Origin: Candidatus Latescibacterota bacterium
GTDB lineage: Bacteria; Latescibacterota; UBA2968
DNA: 64,000 bases
Assembly: GCA_965208125.1 (NCBI GenBank)
Contig: OZ242320.1
Span: 5,120,001 to 5,184,000 of the forward strand
Direction of reading: 5' to 3'
Below, one piece after another: positions 58,850 through 64,000 of the stretch (positions within the stretch are counted from its first letter, which is position 1; each line of letters opens with the position of its first letter). A program made the translations under genes and the position numbers. Below the pieces are notes generated by a model. That model had not been told where the DNA came from. It was given only the letters and a program-made list of their open reading frames with translations, and ran no database searches.

Positions 58850-58865
58850 AATCGCCTCCTTAACA

Positions 58866-59240
58866 TTAAAATTTTAACCCGCCTTCGCGTGCACCTTCTG
58901 CCAATGCTTTGACACGACCGTGATAGAGATAACCAGCGCGGTCAAAAACAACCTGCGAAATTCCAGCTTCCTGCGCTCTTATAGCCAAAGCTTTACCCAC
59001 TTCGCGACTCCTGTTGCATTTGCCTTCAATAGTTTTTAACTGATCTTTGAGTTGCGGAGTATTTGAGGATATCCCCATTAGAGAACGTCCATTCATATCA
59101 TCAATTAATTGCGCCTGAATATGTTTTAGACTCCTGAAAATCGTCAGACGCGGACGATCGGCCGTTCCCTGAAGTCTCTTTCTAATACGCATTTGACGGC
59201 GCTTGTGCATCTTTGTTTTTTTAATTTTTTTATCTGCCAT
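58866..59240 (-). CDS. rplR: 50S ribosomal protein L18
   Basis: [20 protein letters not shown]. Confidence 0.97.
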   Translation of the reverse strand: MADKKIKKTKMHKRRQMRIRKRLQGTADRPRLTIFRSLKHIQAQLIDDMNGRSLMGISSNTPQLKDQLKTIEGKCNRSREVGKALAIRAQEAGISQVVFDRAGYLYHGRVKALAEGAREGGLKF

Positions 59241-59256
59241 TAAACAACCTCAAAAT

Positions 59257-59823
59257 TTAAGCTACTGCGGCCTTCCCAGCCTTGCGTCGCACGTATTCGT
59301 TACTGTAGCGGATACCTTTCCCTTTATAGGGTTCGGGAGGCCGAATATTTCGAATGTTCGCCGCCGTGCGTCCCACGAGTTCTTTATCGGCCCCACTGAT
59401 CTTAACCAGCGCCTGGGAATTTTCTATCTCAGGAGGAGGAGCATCGATACTAAATTCAATTCCCTGAGGAGCTTCAACCGTCACTGTATGGCTGTACCCC
59501 ACGTTGATGTCCAAATTCTTCCCTTTCATATCTGCGCGATATCCCACCCCAACAACTACCAGTTGCTTCTCAAAACCAGCCGTAACCCCCTGAACAGCAT
59601 TTGCCAATAAGGCACGCGTGAGACCCCAAATAGATTTGTGATGCCGGTCTTCGGGATCTTGCACCGTAACAGAAAGGGATTCACCCTCTTGCACGACCTG
59701 CGTGAGTGGATGTAAAGGCACCTGTAAAGCCCCCTTAGGGCCTTTTATCTCCGCCTCTGTTGCTCCAATTTTCACATTGACGCCCCCTGGAACGTCAATC
59801 GGCTGTTGACCTATTCTCGACAC
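59257..59823 (-). CDS. rplF: 50S ribosomal protein L6
   Basis: MSRIG, GVGYR, RPPEPYKGKGI. Confidence 0.97.
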   Translation of the reverse strand: MSRIGQQPIDVPGGVNVKIGATEAEIKGPKGALQVPLHPLTQVVQEGESLSVTVQDPEDRHHKSIWGLTRALLANAVQGVTAGFEKQLVVVGVGYRADMKGKNLDINVGYSHTVTVEAPQGIEFSIDAPPPEIENSQALVKISGADKELVGRTAANIRNIRPPEPYKGKGIRYSNEYVRRKAGKAAVA

Positions 59824-59843
59824 GATGCACTCCTTCCAGACCT

Positions 59844-60239
59844 CTACCAGACGCTACAAATAACTTCGCCGCCAACACCTTCTCGACGCGCAGTTCGATC
59901 TGTCAAAATACCTTTTGATGTCGATAAAATAGCGACACCCAATCCATTGAGTATTCGAGGAATTTCGTCTTTGCCTACATATTTTCTCAGACCGGGGCGA
60001 CTTTCGCGCTTCAACCCTTGAATCGCGCTTTCCTCATCGGGACTATATTTGAGATAAAGACGCAAATAACCCTGTCGGTTGTCATCGATATACGCATAGT
60101 TGTGAACAAAGCCGCTTTCTTTTAAGATGCGGGCAATCTCGCGCTTCATCCTGGAACTCGGAATATCCACCTTGCGATGTCCGGCGCGACAGGCATTTCG
60201 CACACGCGTCAACATATCGGCAATCGGATCCGTCATCAT
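59844..60239 (-). CDS. rpsH: 30S ribosomal protein S8
   Basis: [28 protein letters not shown]. Confidence 0.97.
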   Translation of the reverse strand: MMTDPIADMLTRVRNACRAGHRKVDIPSSRMKREIARILKESGFVHNYAYIDDNRQGYLRLYLKYSPDEESAIQGLKRESRPGLRKYVGKDEIPRILNGLGVAILSTSKGILTDRTARREGVGGEVICSVW

Positions 60240-60256
60240 GTGAGCTTCTCCCTCAA

Positions 60257-60442
60257 TTACCAACTGGCCTTTGTCACGCCGGGAATCTCACCAGCGAGAG
60301 CCAGCTCGCGAAAACATATACGACAAATCCCAAATTTGCGCAAATAACCGCGTGGTCTGCCGCACCTGTGACACCGATTATAGCGGCGGACCGCAAATTT
60401 TTGTTTGCGCTTTGCTTTGGCAATCATAGACTTTTTAGCCAT
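60257..60442 (-). CDS. rpsN: 30S ribosomal protein S14, zinc-binding type Z
   Basis: 61 aa; RCHRCGR...CRICFR; KASW. Confidence 0.96.
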   Translation of the reverse strand: MAKKSMIAKAKRKQKFAVRRYNRCHRCGRPRGYLRKFGICRICFRELALAGEIPGVTKASW

Positions 60443-60473
60443 ATTAATCCTGACCTCGTGTTGATTCTTTTAT

Positions 60474-61022
60474 TTAATCTTGATTTTGAAACGGCATACC
60501 CATTTCGTTGAGCAATTCAAAAGCCTCTTCATCGGTAGAGGCCGTGGTGACCAGGGTTACATCAAGGCCGCGAATTTTATCGATCTGATCATAGTCAATT
60601 TCGGGAAAAATAATTTGTTCCTGAATACCGACAGTATAGTTGCCTCGCCCATCAAATGAGCGCATTGAAAGGCCGCGAAAGTCGCGAATACGCGGCACAG
60701 AAAAATTAAAAAATCGATCGAGAAATTCATACATACGAGATCTGCGAAGGGTGACAGCACAGCCAATGGGTACACCCTGCCGCAGCTTAAAATTTGAAAC
60801 GGCTTTTCGCGCCCTGCGAATGGAGGGCCGCTGTCCTGCAATGCGGGTCAAATCTTCAACAGCATTTTCGATGACCCTGGCATTGAGAACGGCTTCACCA
60901 ACACCCATATTTAAGACAACCTTTTCCAATTTGGGCACCTGCATGCGATTTTTATACCCAAACCGCTGGATAAGCGCAGGTACAACTTCATTTTCGTAGT
61001 ATTCTTGTAATCGGGTTGCCAT
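60474..61022 (-). CDS. rplE: 50S ribosomal protein L5
   Basis: [26 protein letters not shown]; start MATRL at 61022. Confidence 0.97.
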   Translation of the reverse strand: MATRLQEYYENEVVPALIQRFGYKNRMQVPKLEKVVLNMGVGEAVLNARVIENAVEDLTRIAGQRPSIRRARKAVSNFKLRQGVPIGCAVTLRRSRMYEFLDRFFNFSVPRIRDFRGLSMRSFDGRGNYTVGIQEQIIFPEIDYDQIDKIRGLDVTLVTTASTDEEAFELLNEMGMPFQNQD

Positions 61023-61032
61023 GTCGTCCTCG

Positions 61033-61353
61033 TTATTCAACTTCGGGAATTTGTTCACCACTTTTTTTCGCAATTCGCACACGCGCCCCGTCTTCAAGGC
61101 GCTGTATGCGAATCCGGGTCCGCTCATCGGTTTGTGAATCGACAATCATGAGATTGGACACATGCAAGGGCGCTTCCTTTTCCACAATGCCGCCTTGCTG
61201 ATTATTGGGATTGGGGCGCGTATGGCGCTTAACATTGTTGATCCCTTCTACCAACACGCGTTCCCTCTTGGGCCACACATTCAAAACACGCCCCCGTTGA
61301 CCAGTATAAACACCGCTTATCACCTCAACATGATCACCCTTGCGAATCCTCAT
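61033..61353 (-). CDS. rplX: 50S ribosomal protein L24
   Basis: KOW motif [10 protein letters not shown]; EAPLHVSN. Confidence 0.96.
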   Translation of the reverse strand: MRIRKGDHVEVISGVYTGQRGRVLNVWPKRERVLVEGINNVKRHTRPNPNNQQGGIVEKEAPLHVSNLMIVDSQTDERTRIRIQRLEDGARVRIAKKSGEQIPEVE

Positions 61354-61376
61354 CTCAACACACTTGCCTTTCTTTT

Positions 61377-61745
61377 TTAAATCACTTCGGGTGCCAAAGA
61401 CACAATGCGCATAAATCGTCTCTCTCGCAACTCGCGGGCGACAGGTCCAAATATGCGCGTCCCCTGGGGTTCGCCTTCTGCACTGATTAAAACAGCGGCA
61501 TTGTCATCAAATCGAATATAGGACCCATCTGCTCTGCGCGTCTCTTTCTTTGTACGGACGATCACGGCACGTGCAACATCACCGCGCTTCACCCCGCTGT
61601 TTGGCTGTGCATCTTTAACTGAAACCACAACAGTATCACCAAGTTTGGCATACTTGCGTTTGGTACCCCCTAAAATGCGAAAGCACATCACCTTTCGGGC
61701 ACCTGTATTATCCGCGCAATTTAATACCGAATATTCCTGGACCAT
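61377..61745 (-). CDS. rplN: 50S ribosomal protein L14
   Basis: [25 protein letters not shown]. Confidence 0.97.
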   Translation of the reverse strand: MVQEYSVLNCADNTGARKVMCFRILGGTKRKYAKLGDTVVVSVKDAQPNSGVKRGDVARAVIVRTKKETRRADGSYIRFDDNAAVLISAEGEPQGTRIFGPVARELRERRFMRIVSLAPEVI

Positions 61746-61756
61746 GTTCTCTCCAC

Positions 61757-62017
61757 CTAATGTGCCTTTTTGATAATTTCCACCAATCGCCAACGTTTGG
61801 TCTTACTCAAAGGCCGCGTTTCAACAACCATCACCTCATCACCTGTTCGGGCTTCATTGTTCTCATCATGTGCTGCCAATTTTGAACGTCTTTGCATAAC
61901 TTTTCCATAAAGCGGGTGTGGCACCTGCCGCCGCACTTCAACGACAATTGTTTTATTAGATTTGTCGCTGACTACCAGCCCTACACGTGTTTTGCGATAC
62001 CTGCGAGTTTCCACCAT
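61757..62017 (-). CDS. rpsQ: 30S ribosomal protein S17
   Basis: [24 protein letters not shown]. Confidence 0.97.
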   Translation of the reverse strand: MVETRRYRKTRVGLVVSDKSNKTIVVEVRRQVPHPLYGKVMQRRSKLAAHDENNEARTGDEVMVVETRPLSKTKRWRLVEIIKKAH

Positions 62018-62037
62018 ACAGCGATTCTCCTTAAAAA

Positions 62038-62250
62038 TTACGCATTGGGAAGTTCGCGAATACCCAGCTCGTGTTCGCGCAACACGGTTTTTAGCCGAGC
62101 GAGATCCCTACAAGCATCTCGAAACGCAATTGGATTATCAAGCTGACGCGTAGCCAACTGAATGCGAAGATTCACAAGTTCATCTTCCTGTTCAGCAATC
62201 CTTTCCCTTACATCGCTTGCGGTCAAATCTCGAATTTCACTCGGTTTCAT
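62038..62250 (-). CDS. rpmC: 50S ribosomal protein L29
   Basis: Position in the cluster; LRIQ...QLDNP...RDLARLKT. Confidence 0.93.
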   Translation of the reverse strand: MKPSEIRDLTASDVRERIAEQEDELVNLRIQLATRQLDNPIAFRDACRDLARLKTVLREHELGIRELPNA

Positions 62251-62666
62251 TCGTCGTGTCCCCCGCGTTCTACAAAGCGGACTTTAATGGGCAATTTCTG
62301 GCTGGCCAATTTGATTGCGCGTTGCGCGCTTTCGCGTGGCACGCCCTCAATTTCAAACATGATCCGCCCGGGTTTGATGACTGCCACCCAGTATTCGGGA
62401 TTGCCTTTGCCCTTGCCCATACGGGTCTCTGCAGGCTTAACCGTAAGGGGTTTATCTGGAAAAACGCGAATCCAAATTTTTCCACCGCGTCTCAATGACT
62501 TGGAAATCGCCACGCGGGCCGCTTCAATCTGTCTATTGGTAATCCATCCCGGTTCAAGGGCCTGCAAACCGTATTCACCAAAAGAAATATTAGCCCCTCG
62601 AGAGGCCATACCTTTGCGACGCCCCCTCTGCTGCTTTCTCCATTTGACCCGTTTTGGCATTAACAT
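62247..62666 (-). CDS. rplP: 50S ribosomal protein L16
   Basis: [25 protein letters not shown]. Confidence 0.97.
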   Translation of the reverse strand: MLMPKRVKWRKQQRGRRKGMASRGANISFGEYGLQALEPGWITNRQIEAARVAISKSLRRGGKIWIRVFPDKPLTVKPAETRMGKGKGNPEYWVAVIKPGRIMFEIEGVPRESAQRAIKLASQKLPIKVRFVERGGHDE

Positions 62667-62689
62667 AATAGCCGCTCCTATCCCGACGC

Positions 62690-63340
62690 TTAAGTTGCCA
62701 GATGGACGTCCTGGCCCATTTTTTCCCCGTGACAGATCCAAACTTTTACCCCTACAGTACCCGAGGTTGTATAAGCAGTAGATCTGGCATAGTCTATGTC
62801 AGCGCGAAGTGTATGGAGTGGAACACGCCCTGCAGGCTCTGATTTTTCAACGCGAGACATTTCCGCTCCACCAAGACGGCCTCCACACACAACTTTAATC
62901 CCTTCAGCCCCCATGCGCACCGCCGAAGCAACGGCTTTTTTCATTGCACGGCGAAATGAGACGCGTTGCTCGAGTTGTCGGGATATATTATCGGCGACGA
63001 GTTGGGCGTTGAGTTCCGGTCGCTTAATTTCGTTAATATTGATATAAATTTCTTTGCCTGTCAGATGCTTTAACTCGTCTCGCAATTTATCGACCTCTGC
63101 GCCTTTACGCCCAATTACAATTCCAGGACGAGCAGTGTGAATCGAAATTGTCACCCGCTTAGGCGCACGCTCAATGTCTATTTGCGCGACGCTTGCTCGC
63201 TGCAGGCGGCTGGTAATATATCGCCTGAGCATGAGGTCTTCTTGAAGCAGGCTGGCAAAATCGCGATTGGCAAACCAGCGGGAGCGCCAATCTTTGACAA
63301 TCCCCAACCTCACTCCGATTGGATGCGTTTTCTGGCCCAA
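62690..63340 (-). CDS. rpsC: 30S ribosomal protein S3
   Basis: [28 protein letters not shown]. Confidence 0.97.
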   Translation of the reverse strand: MGQKTHPIGVRLGIVKDWRSRWFANRDFASLLQEDLMLRRYITSRLQRASVAQIDIERAPKRVTISIHTARPGIVIGRKGAEVDKLRDELKHLTGKEIYININEIKRPELNAQLVADNISRQLEQRVSFRRAMKKAVASAVRMGAEGIKVVCGGRLGGAEMSRVEKSEPAGRVPLHTLRADIDYARSTAYTTSGTVGVKVWICHGEKMGQDVHLAT

Positions 63341-63349
63341 AGTGATCTC

Positions 63350-63691
63350 CTATTCCTCGTCTGAAACAACCAGCGTGATGTGGCTATATCGCTTGCGAAT
63401 CATGCCGGCAGCACCGCGTGGCTGAGGACGCAATCGCTTTAACGCGATACCACCATCGACAAATGCTTCTTTCACAAAGAGCGCTTCTTCAACCGCGGAT
63501 TCTTCTTCGCGGTTGATCGCATTTGCAACCGCAGATTGCAAGGTGCGCTCTACAATACGCGCGGCCTTTTTAGGTGTAAATTGCAGAATGTGGAAAGCTT
63601 CCTCCACATCTTTACCCCGCACGAGATTAACCACCTGTCGTACCTTGCGCGGTGAAATTCTTGAATAGCGCAATACCGCCCGAGCTTCCAT
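63350..63691 (-). CDS. rplV: 50S ribosomal protein L22
   Basis: SPRKVR, SAVANA, SHIT. Confidence 0.96.
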   Translation of the reverse strand: MEARAVLRYSRISPRKVRQVVNLVRGKDVEEAFHILQFTPKKAARIVERTLQSAVANAINREEESAVEEALFVKEAFVDGGIALKRLRPQPRGAAGMIRKRYSHITLVVSDEE

Positions 63692-63713
63692 TTAAAATTC
63701 CCGTCTCAAAAAA

Positions 63714-64000
63714 TCACTGCAAAGAAGTGGCGCGTTCAGTAGATCGCCCCGCGCGCGCTCCCCGATGCGTGCGCGTGGGGGCAAATTCACCGAGTTTGTG
63801 GCCAACCATGTTTTCTGTGATATAAACGGGGATAAATTTATTTCCATTGTGCACAGCAAGCGTATGCCCCACAAACTCTGGCGCGATTGTCGATCGTCGC
63901 GCCCAGGTCTGAATAACCCGCTTATTACCAGTCTTATTCATTTGCTCAATCTTTTTTAAGAGACTCGGCTCAATAAAAGGCCCTTTTTTAATTGACCGTG
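63714..64000 (-). CDS. rpsS: 30S ribosomal protein S19 (start just outside window)
   Basis: RSIKKGPF..., [16 protein letters not shown]; frame open to the window edge. Confidence 0.96.
   Translation of the reverse strand, partial: RSIKKGPFIEPSLLKKIEQMNKTGNKRVIQTWARRSTIAPEFVGHTLAVHNGNKFIPVYITENMVGHKLGEFAPTRTHRGARAGRSTERATSLQ

Noticed and set aside
1-64000. CRISPR arrays, tRNA/rRNA genes, IS elements and riboswitches
   Set aside because: No regularly spaced repeats, cloverleaf or rRNA signatures or transposase motifs were seen, and intergenic gaps are short. A covariance-model search was not run, so small ncRNAs cannot be excluded.

Overview
Bacterial chromosomal window of roughly 50% GC (estimated by eye). 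It probably comes from an FCB-group bacterium outside the Bacteroidota, such as a Latescibacterota- or Gemmatimonadota-like lineage. This is inferred from the SprA/PorV type IX secretion (T9SS) parts, DUF6785-type membrane proteins and the lack of SusD. From left to right it carries: comEA and sprA divergent from lptF-lptG; a sulfatase, a UPF0182 protein and an oxidoreductase; an amino-acid uptake/oxidation cluster; and sulP. A ~17 kb catabolic locus follows, with a TonB-dependent transporter, a T9SS-CTD protein, a PorV-like barrel, two DUF6785-type paralogs, a Tat phosphotriesterase-family enzyme, a Tat sulfatase, a GPH symporter and a YetA/PL26-like lyase. After that come cyoE with an ABC exporter, a family B DNA polymerase divergent from a BlaI plus multidomain M56 sensor, a VapC-type toxin-antitoxin pair, galK with an in-frame galE-galT fusion, greA, and the S10-spc-alpha ribosomal protein cluster. 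The best candidate for an undescribed system is the separately terminated TBDT-CTD protein-PorV cassette, which may be a SusD-free glycan capture unit. No rRNA, tRNA, CRISPR array or IS element was recognised. All family assignments are by motif recognition only; no searches were run.
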